From: Dicyema japonicum
Lineage: Eukaryota > Animalia > Dicyemida
Direction of reading: 5' to 3'
Length of the DNA: 64,000 nucleotides
Assembly: GCA_011109175.1 (NCBI GenBank)
Contig: RDEW01000005.1
Coordinates: 1-64,000, forward strand
In this document: positions 13,141-25,520 of the stretch, in pieces
How the letters are laid out: the number at the start of each line of letters is the position of its first letter
Numbering within the stretch: the first letter of the stretch is position 1
The notes under the pieces: generated by a model
The model's database searches: none
What the model was told of the DNA's origin: nothing
Seen by the model: the letters and a program-made list of their open reading frames with translations, nothing else
Program-made: the position numbers and the translations under genes

Positions 13141-13399
13141 CTTTAAATATAACTATATAAATAAAAAAAATAATTCTGTTAACAAATTATTTTTTTACTA
13201 TATATAAAACAATTCTAAATGCATCTGCTGGAGTTTTAACGTTAAGTCCAAACTAAAAAAATTACGAGAATAATCTGACCGATTGGGTATTTCCCAGAGC
13301 TGCAAACGCTTCCTAGAAAGATATTGGGAAAAAGTTTTTTTATTAATTTAAAATTAAGATCATGTAAAAATTATTCATCTTTAATTATTTTTTTGTGCG

Positions 13400-13740
13400 T
13401 TTCAATGATCATGGAAGGTTGGGAAAAACTATTAGGTACGGCTCCATGCCTCATGAGCATGAACGACGTCCTGGTATGGAGAGAATTCAGGGAGGGAGTG
13501 CAGAATCCTCTTGACAAGGGTGTTATAGGAATTTGGCGACGAGAGAAATATAGGGAGAGAAATGTCTATAGAGCTGTGATTCCAAGTTTTCCGAGTCTGA
13601 CTGCCAGTTTGTCCTGCTTCCGTGAGTATTCCTCAAGCCGGAAGTTAGAGATACGCTCTAATGTCGAACGGAAGATCCCGTCAATATGTGCGATTTGGTA
13701 GAATTTTCGCTCGTTGTATTGTCGTGTATTGAATCAATTA
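13400..13740 (-). mobile_element. CRE-like RT fragment
   Basis: Minus-strand reading QDKLAVRLGKLGI resembles the CRE L.VR.GGLGI motif. Confidence 0.55.
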
Positions 13741-13744
13741 CCAT

Positions 13745-14300
13745 TACATTATTCCACTCCAACTGCTTCCTTTATGTTTTTAGTCCAACACTTATCCTCG
13801 GACATCATCTTAGATAGTGATCTTGTGATTGTCTGATTGAAGCGTTCGATAATCCCTTGACTCCTTGGATTGTTAGGCCTACTATGAATTTGTTAGACGC
13901 TGAAGCAGTCGCATAATGCTCTTACATGGAATATCACATTCTGACACCACTTTCCGAATAATTTCTCTTTTCACAAAAAATATCTTTCATTGCAATATTG
14001 TTCCAATGTGTTGTGTCCACAATGGGTCAATTGATGAATTTGCGAAGCCACTAATTCCATCTCTTCGTGATTATCAAAGAAGATGACATTTTGTGGTTTC
14101 CATTTGTGTCTTTAAGGTATAATCTTCCATTGATGGATAAAAAAAATTCTTTGACTTTTGAGTTAATCGGTATTTTTTGTCTTGTCATTAGATCGACGAT
14201 CCCCTTCTATTCCATTATTTTCATTATATGAATTTATTCCTGGGTTGTTTTAACGAAACAGCGAGCCATCAGCTTAACTTTATAAAACACGCCTGTATTA
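13745..14300 (-). mobile_element. Decayed Ginger/Gypsy-type integrase fragment
   Basis: Minus-strand HSRPNNPRSQGIIERFNQTI integrase core motif. Confidence 0.65.
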
Positions 14301-14509
14301 TTAGACACGACCTCTTGTTCTCTTCCTTATGGTTCCCAGAGTTAATAAATTAATTTACTTTTCTAATTTGCAGTGATGCCGTCGAACACTAAATCTTTAC
14401 ATAACAATGTGAGCTTTAAACATTAGTTTTAATAATCGGGTGTTCCTTGAGCAATAAAAATGTAGAGATTATTGACGAATTAAACCAAATATTATACATT
14501 TATAAATAC

Positions 14510-14670
14510 TATTTTAAGTGTTTTATTTTTAACAAAAATAAATCAAAAATGGTCCCGGCCGACATAATCGATGTTGCGTTGCCTCTCACGATTGCACCGG
14601 AGATCAATTGGATAAACCACTGAGTATCATGTGCGTCGTGGGCTTTGAGTGTAACGTCCCAGTTTCTTAA
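14510..14670 (-). mobile_element. CRE-like 3' tip
   Basis: Minus-strand QWFIQLISGAIVRGNATSIM. Confidence 0.6.
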
Positions 14671-14827
14671 AGAAACGAAACGATTTCCCGCTTATTCCGA
14701 CAATTGGCTAAACTACGATTTTTGTTTTTGATTAAATAAAATAATATTTTTTAACTGCAATAAATGGACATAATGATTTATAAATAAGAATATTACATCA
14801 TCTATGACTATTAGCCTCAACTTTGAA

Positions 14828-15110
14828 AATAGCCGCGTGACGTCTGTTTTGTTCGTCTGTTCCTTCTCTTTTCCTATTAGAGTGGCGTCATGTGATCCAC
14901 CTGTCTAGGTGGCGCCCAGTGCTAGGCCGGCACGAAAAAGAATCATTTGCTCTCTCCCATTCCACTGGAGGGGTTTCCACAACTGCAACTATGGACGTCT
15001 TACCCTTTATGCTGATTCCGGATGGACTCTTTTTGTAGAAGTGGAAACTGGATACATTTAATTAGTTGTTTACTTTAACTTCTTTATCGGTGTATCCGTG
15101 GTTATTAAAT
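14828..15110 (+). mobile_element. SINE family B (part of head deleted)
   Basis: Near-identical to 42915-43229 and 50210-50530. Confidence 0.85.
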
Positions 15111-15133
15111 TAATTAAATTATGAACTCCAACA

Positions 15134-15377
15134 TTATCGCTTGGCGCCATGTGGTGCTACGTGGATAGTTTGTCAAAATTATTTTCTTTCCGATGGCGTC
15201 ACTGGATCCATCTTACTGAAGAGGCGCCCAATGCCTGGCTGGCATCAAGAGGATCCAACAATTCTTCCCCGGGGACAACGTCGTTACCTGGTGACAAGTT
15301 TTGGAATGCTGGAACGAGTCAGGATCGAGGAGTTAGTTAGTTTGGTTACCCTTCGTCTTTGGAAATAATTTTTATTT
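15134..15377 (+). mobile_element. SINE family C
   Basis: Inverted copy at about 43655-43892; 17-bp TSD AATTATGAACTCYAACA at 15117-15133 and 15378-15394; head TGGCGCCATGTGGTGCT shared with family B. Confidence 0.85.
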
Positions 15378-15663
15378 AATTATGAACTCTAACAGATAGT
15401 CACAAGGGTTAGTGCATCATTTGAGTAAAATCCACTCAGATAGATCACAGAAAACCATCACGAATTAGAACCAACATATACTCAAACTGCATAGTTTATA
15501 CCATTCTAAGATAACAAAGATATTTCCATGGAATGACCAGCTTGTGAAGAAGATCAACTAGACACTTTTTGCGACATCTTTGCACTAGGGTTCACCATGA
15601 AAGTGATACATGTACTTTGATGACAAACAAAAGAGGCATTAAATAAAGTAACCAACAGGAATA

Positions 15664-15864
15664 GAAATACTCACTGAGGAACTGGATTGTCTAGAAAGGA
15701 CACTCACACAAGAAAAAGAAAAAAAGAAGTGAAGATTGGTCACTTCTTTTGGTTCCTTGGTTCTACGATTAGTTAAAATTAACTGTTCTTTACTTAAATA
15801 AAGTGTGTGTTCTGCCTATGCGGAGCTATAAATACTATGGCTCTCGTGAAAAGGCTTTAAAAAA
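15664..15864 (+). mobile_element. SINE family A, 5'-truncated
   Basis: Matches the other family A copies; poly-A; TSD AACAGGAATA at 15654-15663 and 15865-15874. Confidence 0.85.
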
Positions 15865-16203
15865 AACAGGAATAAAATCCAAAAAAACGCAAGGTGATTT
15901 GGAGGTCTTCGTAGCAAATATCAAGCAAACTATTTTGTAGTTGCATTGTAGGGAAAAAGAAATTAAGTTTGTTCGCTTAATAGTACTTAGTCCTTTCCAT
16001 GAACAGGTAACCAAGGCGAAAACCACAATAAATAATGACATATCGTATTATTATAATGCACATATATCGTATATTTCGTGGTATATTTGTGAAAAATGTG
16101 AAATAAAATGAAATTTAAAATGCTATTAATTTAAAATATTAAAATTTAAAATTATTAATTAAATACTTTTTAAATTTTTTAAATTTACTTTTTTGTTGTG
16201 TCT

Positions 16204-18638
16204 ATGGAATACACCCCATTCGTAATCACAGATAAAGACTTAGAAGATGAGTTTAATCCTTCAAACCGTTCTCGTCGTCAAACAAAAGAGGAGTCAATAT
16301 ATGGTAACTTCTAAACTCATATTCCAAGGAATCTGGGCTGAGCAAGACGATGATAGTCTCAGAATCTACAGAAAGCGGACCCCAAAGCCCAAATACATCG
16401 GATTCGTCAGTGGAGGCTTTAACAATGAAGAAAAGCACCAGAAAACATCACAAGCAGACAAAAAAGCATCAAAGCAAGTTGATAGGTCGCATTTTAGTTT
16501 ATTTCAGTCAGTTCGGCTCTTGGGAAGCATACGAAAGGAATTGGGATGAAACTTCTGATGAAGGTTCTGTTAAACTGATTTCTAGCAAGGCTTTCAACCA
16601 GGACAAGGTTTGGGACAGAGCAAACAGGGAATTTCTACCCCAATAATGGTCGGGAAGACTGTGAGCGACAATACTACTTCGTTCAGGAGGGACCTAAAAA
16701 AGAGCGAGAAAAAGAGACCGTTCCAATGTGGAAGAAGTATAAAAGGAAATCGAAGAAGGCCATCTTCTTAACAACTGAGGAACTAATGGTCACAAAACGT
16801 GCCAAAAAGTATCAGCACTGCCACCAAAATGAGGTTGTTGACTTGACAGGCAGAGATGAAGGTTTATTCTGGTAGTGTTTTTATCTAATGGTAGATTACA
16901 GCTGTTTTGGGAGAAAATCAGAGGTTAACTCCACAGAATCTCCCAAACATGTGTTTTCCTGCAAAGAAATCATACACAACTTGAATCTGATCGTGGTGAT
17001 GATCGAGGCTGAAATTATCGAGAATGAACTAGCGTATATGACTTTAATTATTTTTAGTATTCAAGCTGAAGAGGTTGAATTGAAGGATCAAGAATTTCAG
17101 CTTGGGAGGCTTGAAAAAAAGGCCTCTGTTGACCATAAGATCCACCGGAACCTCTCCGGTGCCATAAGATAGTCCAGGATTGTCTTAAAAGACAGGAAAG
17201 GGGTTCCATCTCTCAGTCAGCAGTACATGACATGTTCTTCTGCCTAATTGACCGCTACCCTACCATTTACATCGACTTTGAGCTATCCCGATTGTCTACA
17301 ATCCTTCTGGGCCCACTGGTTTCCATGGAAATGTTTACTTTAGTTTGAGGAAGAGATTGGTAGTGAGTCTATGTTGGTGAACCTAAATTCTGCGGTAAAT
17401 TTTGTTCGTTATTGGCGACGTTTCTTTGATAATAAGAAGCTATGTGATTCTCTATCTCGCCTCCCAAACAGAGATTGGAGGGACATTCCCACTTGGAGTC
17501 CCTTTGACCGCCTTCTATGTGATGTGTGGCTGGGAAAGGTGCAAGATGCGATCAGACATGAATGGGAGGTTGATAACCCACGACAACTTGTTAATTTCTG
17601 CGAAATTTGGGATCCAATTCTACCTCCCTGGATGTGGGATTATGTGATGGATAATTATGTGCTTCCTAAACTTCTTACTTCCCTCTGTAATTGGTCTCCC
17701 TCCTCAGAATCTGCCCATGTTTGGATAGACCCGTGGCTTGATGTTTTTGGGAGTTCAGGCAGTCGTGCTAAACTGTTGTATGACGCGGTTTTGAAGATCA
17801 TTGGCGAGTATCTAAGCATGTGGCATCCTTCTGACGACTCTGGTTATTTTGTTGTCCTCCCATGGTTGGGGATCATCCCATATTCTCTGTTGGACACTAT
17901 GTTGTTGAAAAAAGTGGTTCCGAAGCTGTCAAACTTTCTCCAAAACTCCTCTGGTGATTGACCCTAGTGATCAGAAACTGGGTTTGGAGTATTTTAATGA
18001 TAGATGTTTGGCTGACATTCACTCAGTGGCACGATGTTGTACACCAGAAGACCATGGTTGAGTTGATCGACCGATATTTTTTCCCGACCTTTCTTAACGT
18101 CCTAAGAGATTGGTTGATTGGGAGTCCTGACTACTCTGAGCTGAACAAGTGGTACCTTGGCTGGAAGTCTACTTTTCCTGCCAAATATTTAACCGAGGAA
18201 ATCATTAAAAGTTTGTGATACAGTCATTTGTAGACAGATTCAAAGAGGCCCTTGCCATGATGGACTGTGTGTACTCTGCGAGACGGGATGGAGTGCTGGA
18301 AAGTCGTACCCCTAGTTCTACAAAAAGGGTGATTATGTTGCGTTTAGTAAAGGATTCTGGTCAGTACTTGAATGTGAGTCCGTCGGTGACAAAATCGAGG
18401 CCTAGCACGTTGAAAGATTTGGTGGCTGTTAAGGTTGTGGTGGTTAATGATGAAGGCTGCTGAGAATGGGATTGAGTACTTTCCAATTAGAAATAAGTTT
18501 ATTAATGGCAAACAAGTATACAAACTTGGATCGGCCCAGTTATATATTGATCGTGATGTGGTTTATTTATTCTCCAAACGTTCCTGGCGTCCTGAGTCAT
18601 TAAATGATATTATATCACGAAAACTCTATTTGAAATGA
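16204..18638 (+). CDS. TFIP11: Tuftelin-interacting protein 11 (G-patch spliceosome disassembly factor)
   Basis: Spliced: FVITDKDLEDEFNP..QTKEESIYGIWAE, G-patch HTKGIGMKLLMKQGFQPGQGLG, GCFC region WHPSDDSG, WYLGWKS, C-terminal GKQVYKLG..YIDRDV; many short introns; frameshift near 16524. Confidence 0.92.
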
Positions 18639-18799
18639 TTTTTTATTTATTTATTATGTTTTTGATTGTAGTGTAGTACAGATATAAGGATTGTGTAGTG
18701 CATTCAATATTCACTCTAGGCGGATTCTTAGTATCATAATTTTATTCGTGCTTCAATGTTTTGACTTTTGTTTTTATTATACAACAATCAATACATTAA

Positions 18800-19600
18800 C
18801 ACCTTAAAAAATAAGTTGATACTCTAAGAACCAATACAGACTAGTTGAAGCAGTCACTTTAGTCTTTGCGAGTTATCCCTGTAAGTTCCTCGAACGGAGT
18901 TGGCACTAGTGGCGAGGAGAACCTTTGTAGGACCTTCGTGACTATTTATTGGAAGGAATGATTTTCTTTATGTTTGTATAAGATAGTTTTATGCCTTATG
19001 CCGCACAGCAGTATCCGATTGTTGGTTGTATGTACTGCGTGTAAAGATGATTTAATGTTGTGTAAGATGATTTAATTTTGATAGAGTTAGTGGAGAGGAT
19101 TGATATTCTATTAAGGGTAAAAAGGTGCCGAGTTTTTCATTCTTCTATTGGAAGTAAAAATCATTGAGTTTGACATTTCAGGACTCGTGCAATAGATTCC
19201 TCGTAAGCCAACAGTTCAGCCTGTTCAGTAAATCTTGTAAACGGGTACCCGCTGTGTGGATACACTTGTCTCTTGTTGCCTGAATTATGTTGTCAGCATA
19301 AGCAAGGAAAAGATTATCGTCGCTGCTATGGGAATGCATGTCGCTCATAAAGAGGTGAAGAGAACGGGTGACAGAGGGATCCTTGCGGGACTCCATTTGG
19401 CAGAAATTTGGTGATAGAGTGACATAAATGGAATACTCTTGAAACGTTTCGAATAGTCTTCTACGTGATCTCTTGATAAAAACGAAAGCACATGCATTAA
19501 TCAACGTTTGTGCTTTGAATACCCAGGATATTAAAACCCTTGCCAGAGCTTTTCTTCAATAGTTTATTTTAACAGACAAACTTATTGAGTCGATTTTTTT
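18800..19600 (-). mobile_element. Highly decayed LINE RT
   Basis: FLAYADNI and broken GVPQGS motifs. Confidence 0.6.
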
Positions 19601-19699
19601 TTTTAACTAGGGCTAACCTGGCATATCTTCTGTCGTAGTTAAGGTTGTGTTTAGGCATAGATAATCTTGTATCCAGGATACTTCTATGTCCAAGGAATA

Positions 19700-20735
19700 C
19701 AACCATCTAGGTAAAGATTATGCATGAAGCTGTTTGTAACTCCACGGTAAAGTTTCCACAGGCACGTTTGTTGATGGGTCATTCATAACCTTGAAGGGAC
19801 CAGTCTGCGGTAGTAGTACCATCTTTTTTATAGGATAGTTTGGCTTGGGTAGCGTAGGTGATGTTAATCTTGAGCTCGACCAGAAGAAAACGTAGTTCCA
19901 AAGTTGTAGGTAGTGGTTTAAGAGTCCAACTAACAACTAATCGCAAGGGACAGCAATAATTAAATTTTCGGATTAAAATGTTCTCTATCCAATTCGTTTC
20001 CTCTTCGAGCAAATATGGGAGTAAAGTCATTTTCCTTTTCCTCAATATATATTGACATTATTTGCTCACACTCTTCTCTTGAATTTCTTCATAATCAGAC
20101 CGAGAGTAAATATCCTTTATCCCTTCATTAAGTTTATCATAACGCCGCGAAACGTCGACTTCGTTCCTAAATGATACAATCATACTCTTCAAAGTCTTCT
20201 TGATTACCAGCGATTGAACATGCGCATACGTTCTTCATTTATATTCAATGATCTGGCATACTTCCACGAATGTGAAGTCACTAGGCCATCCCAAGTGAGT
20301 ACAATCAGGACAATCTTGATTTCTGCGTTGTATCAACTTTAGCTCTTAGGAAAGAAGGTCATACTTCCTCAGCTTTTCGCATTCCACCTGCTGTAGATTC
20401 TAGGAAGATGTTGTTCCCACTTCGACCAAGATAATTTTGTTTCTCCTTTGATCAAAAACAACAGGTCTGGCTTGTTATGCTCAATAAATATGTCGGTTTT
20501 AATAAAGGTCTCAACTCTGATTCAACTGAGTTATTCATTACAATGGATTGCACTGAATGAGTCTTCAGTTTCTTTTCGTTTTGAGACCAAAGTCTCTGCA
20601 AAAGTGGAAATGTAGACACCTCACGACTTCGTTATGTCTTCTTACATAATCCCCATGCAACATCTTTTTACACCTTGTGGCACAATGATCCACGGTCTTC
20701 TTCCATTTTTTACAATAGGTGCACATTGCATTTTG
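19700..20735 (-). mobile_element. R4/NeSL-like retrotransposon 3' portion (Zn finger and RLE)
   Basis: Minus-strand TVDHCATRC..YVRRHNEVVRCLH, HNKPDL, LVEVG, EKLRKYDLL, VLTWDGLVT; related to 7215-7882. Confidence 0.75.
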
Positions 20736-21697
20736 TCATATTCAAATTATACAGTCACTGACTAGTTAATATGCTTGCCTAGTATTTGGTCGGGACAGAT
20801 TGTAGGAATTTTTAATGATATGTATAATCTTATATTTTAAAGTCAGGTCATCTTGTTTAAGTTCCTTCAGTGTAAATGGACGTGATTTGAAATTTGGAAA
20901 AATTATTTTTTTGAAGTTTAACAAAATGACTATTAGATTTTCTTGAACCTATTTTTTCAGTAATTGTCAAAAGCGAATGTTTCCAGAGATGAAGAGAAAT
21001 TGAAGGCGGACCAAAACAAGAGAATTGAGGAGGCAAAAGGGACACAATAACTGAGACCCATTTTGATAATACAGTCTGATGGAACTACGTTTTAAAACTA
21101 CAAATTGATAATTGTAACAGGATTTTAATCAATAAGAGTTACCTCATTTACCAAGCACGTGGTTGTAGAATTCATAAATGTTAAATTGGAATCATCAGGA
21201 GGTTGAATTAAGAATAAACTTCTCCAAAATGGAATAAACTTAATTCTTTGCCATTTATTTAATGAATCATGTATTTCTTCCATTGTCGGTCACGTGGTTA
21301 GTCGGTTGAGGGTTGAGACGGTGAAGTATATAGCAGTAAATTTCAACTTTATTATGAGTGGAAATCCTTATCGCTCTTCTTCTAATGAATATGGTCAAGC
21401 TGACGGACTTGGGATAACTCAGAAACCCAAAGTTTCAAACTAAATAAGTGTCGGATCCTCAAACTATCGGGGTTCAGATCCCGTCCAGTCAAATTTGAAA
21501 AAAGCTTTGAGGATCTTCTGTCTATATACTTTTCACTCCTGGACTCTTCATTATAAAATATACTGCACTCTAAGGATGCACAAACGCCATAGACAACGTC
21601 AATAACTAAGTAATCATAGAAGGCACTTAATTGGTTTTCCAAAGAATACATGTCGAGACATGGCTGAATAATTAATTTATTTGTAAGCGCAATGTGG

Positions 21698-21740
21698 ATT
21701 ACTATTACTATTAAGGCACTTTCACGAAAGCCATAATGTT
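21698..21740 (-). mobile_element. Minimal RTE LINE / SINE-A 3' tip
   Basis: Reverse complement ATTATGGCTTTCGTGAAAGTGCC followed by (TAATAG)n matches the LINE ends at 1125-1146 and 63262-63285. Confidence 0.7.
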
Positions 21741-22762
21741 AGTGGTACCTTGGCTGGAAGTCTACTTTTCCGCATATTCAACACTCATATTAACAATATT
21801 TATAGTTAGTCTCTTCCATCTTCCTCTGTCGAATGCTAGTGATCTCAAATCGTCCAGGTCGTCCCCCGTCTTTAGATTTTTTCTCACACGATTTAGATCT
21901 TTGTTTAAGGCAGTCGGAAGTATCGATCAATGTGGATTGTGGAAAAAAAAACTGTGGAAAAGACTGTGGGAAATAAAGGAAGCATTCGAACAACAAAGGT
22001 TTATTAAAGAATATTCTACCACTCAAAAACCTAAGAATGATTATGGAGTGATCTCTTTCCCAGGGCACTTGCTTTAATCATTCATTGTTTTTAATAAAGA
22101 CAAGGAATAATACAATGACAAGGATCTATTGTAGAGACAACGTAATTATTACTGATACTATTATTTTAATGACAAGAATCTTTGGGTGACATGAGAGACA
22201 TACTGGTAATCAGGAAAATGTGTTCTGATAAGCTTAGAGGATGATAATACGACTCAAGAGGACCAATAGGCTAATAATTCCTAAATCATTCCTTAATAAT
22301 AAACTAAGGGATAAGGATTGCAGACTTATCGACAAAATAAGATCACTTCTGATGTAATTGACATCTAAATTGTACTTTATGATAATCAGTATTTGCAAGT
22401 AAAGGAAGCCGATGGCTAACAGAAACGTAACAACCAAAGGCGTACGCACACAGATCAGTCAAATGTATTCTGAATCTAATAAAAATTGCACAATTGATAC
22501 GATTAGATAAAAATATAACAAATACACAATAAATGCTAGTCACTAGTAATATTAATGCTAATAATCGGAATAAATAAATTCGGAATGAAATACCAAACCA
22601 AAAATCTCCGACTGAGAGGACTGCTTTTATACTAATCTAATGGAAGATTGTGCAATGACTCGGCTTAACCCAAGTCCCAGACTAAAGCAATACAGAAAGA
22701 TGGGTTTGTAGTTTAATAAATCTCTATACAAAGAAAAATGATAATTGCATATCAAATATATA

Positions 22763-23466
22763 TCAAAACACACTGCACGATTTCTTTTTCTTTACAACTT
22801 TAGGCATCAAAGCTATCCTCACAGTCTCATCAAACACTTCCTTCACATTCATCATTTTCAAGGACGAACATTCAACATAGCTCAAAGCCCCTTCTGATTA
22901 TCACATCCTCTACCCAGTCTCTTAGCCTCTGACGATCCTTGCCCATAGCTCACTGGTGCCTTTCCGATGCTCCTCAGCTTCTGCACCATATTACGGTTCT
23001 CCCGCATGTCGATCTTAGTCCCGACCAACAGAAAAGGGGTCTCCGGGCAGAAGTGACGGAGTTCTGGGAGCCACTGCAATATAAACCAAAGTTCACCTTC
23101 AAAGAGGTTGTTGAAGACTGCGGTTGGACCACGGAAAAACAGACAATGAATACGTCCTTTGATAAGTCACGAAAAAACGGTTTTTGTGTAAGAAAGAGTC
23201 CGAAGACGATCGTAATCCTCCTGACCAGCGGTGTCCCACAAACTGAGATGAACACAGGTTGTGAGACCACGTGAGTCCTCAACTGTTAACTGGGCTGAAT
23301 AATTATCAAATCTAAAACTCAATTTTGTTAACGAACAGTGTGGGGATGTACGTCGTAGGGCACGTGTTTGTAGTGTAGCTTATAAGCAGACTCGTTTTGC
23401 CGACCGCACTAAAGATAAGCTGTGACAGTACCCATCTCCAATAACTAAACACTTTATGTACACCAT
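22763..23466 (-). CDS. Rac/Cdc42-like Rho-family small GTPase, 6 exons
   Basis: Spliced: [62 protein letters not shown], polybasic KKKKS and CAAX CSVF; five 22-25 nt introns. Confidence 0.93.
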
Positions 23467-24423
23467 TGACCGGCAATTATCAATAAATTCAATATTTATG
23501 TAATATTTTATTTAAAATTTAAATATTTATTTTTTGTAATCATTATTAATTAATTAATTTATATTCCATCAAAAAGTTACTTGACAGAAAATCAATTAAG
23601 ATAGATTTCTATAAAGTTAATCTGATTTGATCTCATTGGGTTATAATGTGGAATTAGTCCATTAGGTAAAAGAAAAGGGCTATATCCGCTCTGAGGAAAT
23701 GAAAAAATTAATTATACTAGAGAAATTCCCTAGCCAGCAGCTCAACCCTTCGACCAATTAATCTTTATCCATAGCATAAAAGCGACCGACTATCCATTAT
23801 TTGACCACTTTTAAATTATCGATTATATGACTAGATTAGTATCGATTTATCGATCAGTCTTAACTACAAATGAAAGTGACTCCGTTATTACTGGCACCTG
23901 ACATTCAAACAAGTCTCTCTACCCTTACTTTAATGTATTCATCATTTCCCTAGTTACAATTATTAGTAAAATTGATTTCTTTTACTCAACAAATAGACAA
24001 TTAAAATTCAAATATATTTGTAATACGTACAAAAGGATTGAATAAAATTCGGAAATCACTTGATTCTATCATTTTGTCCATTCACAAGAGTAGTGAAACG
24101 AGAGGTCATAATCATTTTGAGGTGATAAAAGTGCAATAGAGATACGTTACTACCTTCTCCCAACCAACTAACTAATCCTCGAACCAATGCAGACATAATC
24201 AAATAAATTATAGAATTTATTATAAAAAAACTTTCCCGTGAATACTTTTTCAAATTTTGAATCTGCGAAGCCTAATTTTCCATATTTAAAAATTTTCAAA
24301 CATTTCGTCTTTAAGCCCTTTAGGCGATCAAGTCTACTCGTCAATTTTAACCGCCGAGTATAGCGGATTATCGATAGTTAATTTTTAAATTTCAATTTAT
24401 GCTAGAAAATATAAAATTCCCAT

Positions 24424-25520
24424 AATAGAAAGTGTTTGTGCATGTTGAATCCCAAGCAAGCCACCTCACTTGGCTCCATGGCATGGTTGTTACGGCATCC
24501 GGCCTCTTGCATCACATCCGTCAAGACCGACGAGTTCCAAAAATCAAGTAAACCCGGAATCTTAGATGCTTTCATGACCGTCGAGTTTACATGGTGTGAC
24601 GAGGAAATCTCCCGGAACTCCATCTGCACGGAATCATGTGTAGTCTTTTCCTGTAAATTATCTTAGCACATCGGCATCGGTGTTCCAAGCAAACGTCAAG
24701 GTCCTGCTGAAGAGCAACTCCAACGCGAATTGTATTCCCGTCGAGCATAATACCAACTGCCCGTACCGAAATTGAGCCATGACCCAAAATTCTCAGCAGA
24801 CGCTACATTCAAACATATGCGACGATAAGTATCTTCGGATCTTCCAAGTTCATTTAGCTTTTTTCACATCCCAGTTCTATAGAGAGGTGAAGTTCTTCAG
24901 AACACCAAGCCCGTTTGCTGTCTACTGCTGCACAACCGCGTCAAGCACAGGTTCCAGACTCAATCCGTCGCAGAAACGTAAAATTGAGTTCGCCAAGGCA
25001 TGGCAGCTTGCGAGGGACGACAGGTAGCATGGAATGGTCAATTCGGCAGGAAATCTGAAACCAATTCCTCCAAATCTCATCAGGAGCCTTCCTTGGGACC
25101 AGCCTGTCAAATCTAATATTTATGATTTCTTCAGTCGTCTGTCTTATAAGATGCATCCCGGAGAAGAATGGTGGGCATCCAAGGAGAACCGTACCAGAAG
25201 ATTCGACTATCCTCGCATTATGGAACAAGTTCTCAAGGCGAGTTTGGACAATGGAAAATTCGTCTGGCGGGAAGCTAACATTTATAATCTCTGTCTTCCG
25301 CATATTCACTTCAGGCCGAGGTCTAACAGAGCAGGAATAGCAATCTCCGAGCGTTGATAATCGATTCGTCCCCTTACCAATCTTTCGTCCAAATATTAAG
25401 AGGGCCGAGATCTTCTAAAATATGTGATATAGTAATGAAAAAAAGGAGAGGTCCAAGGGGACAACTTGTTCAACACGAGCCTAACTGCAATATCCACTTT
25501 GTCTGTATGCATTGTTTTTT
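24424..25520 (-). mobile_element. Decayed CRE-like RT/RLE fragment abutting a pogo transposase
   Basis: RFGGIG, LLGCP, HRCRC..HMIPC, GRFPRH motifs. Confidence 0.75.

Noticed and set aside
15141-15368. Small ORFs repeated at 15141, 42952, 43659 and 50219 as a peptide family
   Set aside because: They are incidental frames within SINE families B and C; indels between copies break them
16199-16208. Shared TGTCTATGGA around the TFIP11 and GMPR start codons as a trans-splicing or initiation signal
   Set aside because: Absent from the other genes; two instances are compatible with chance
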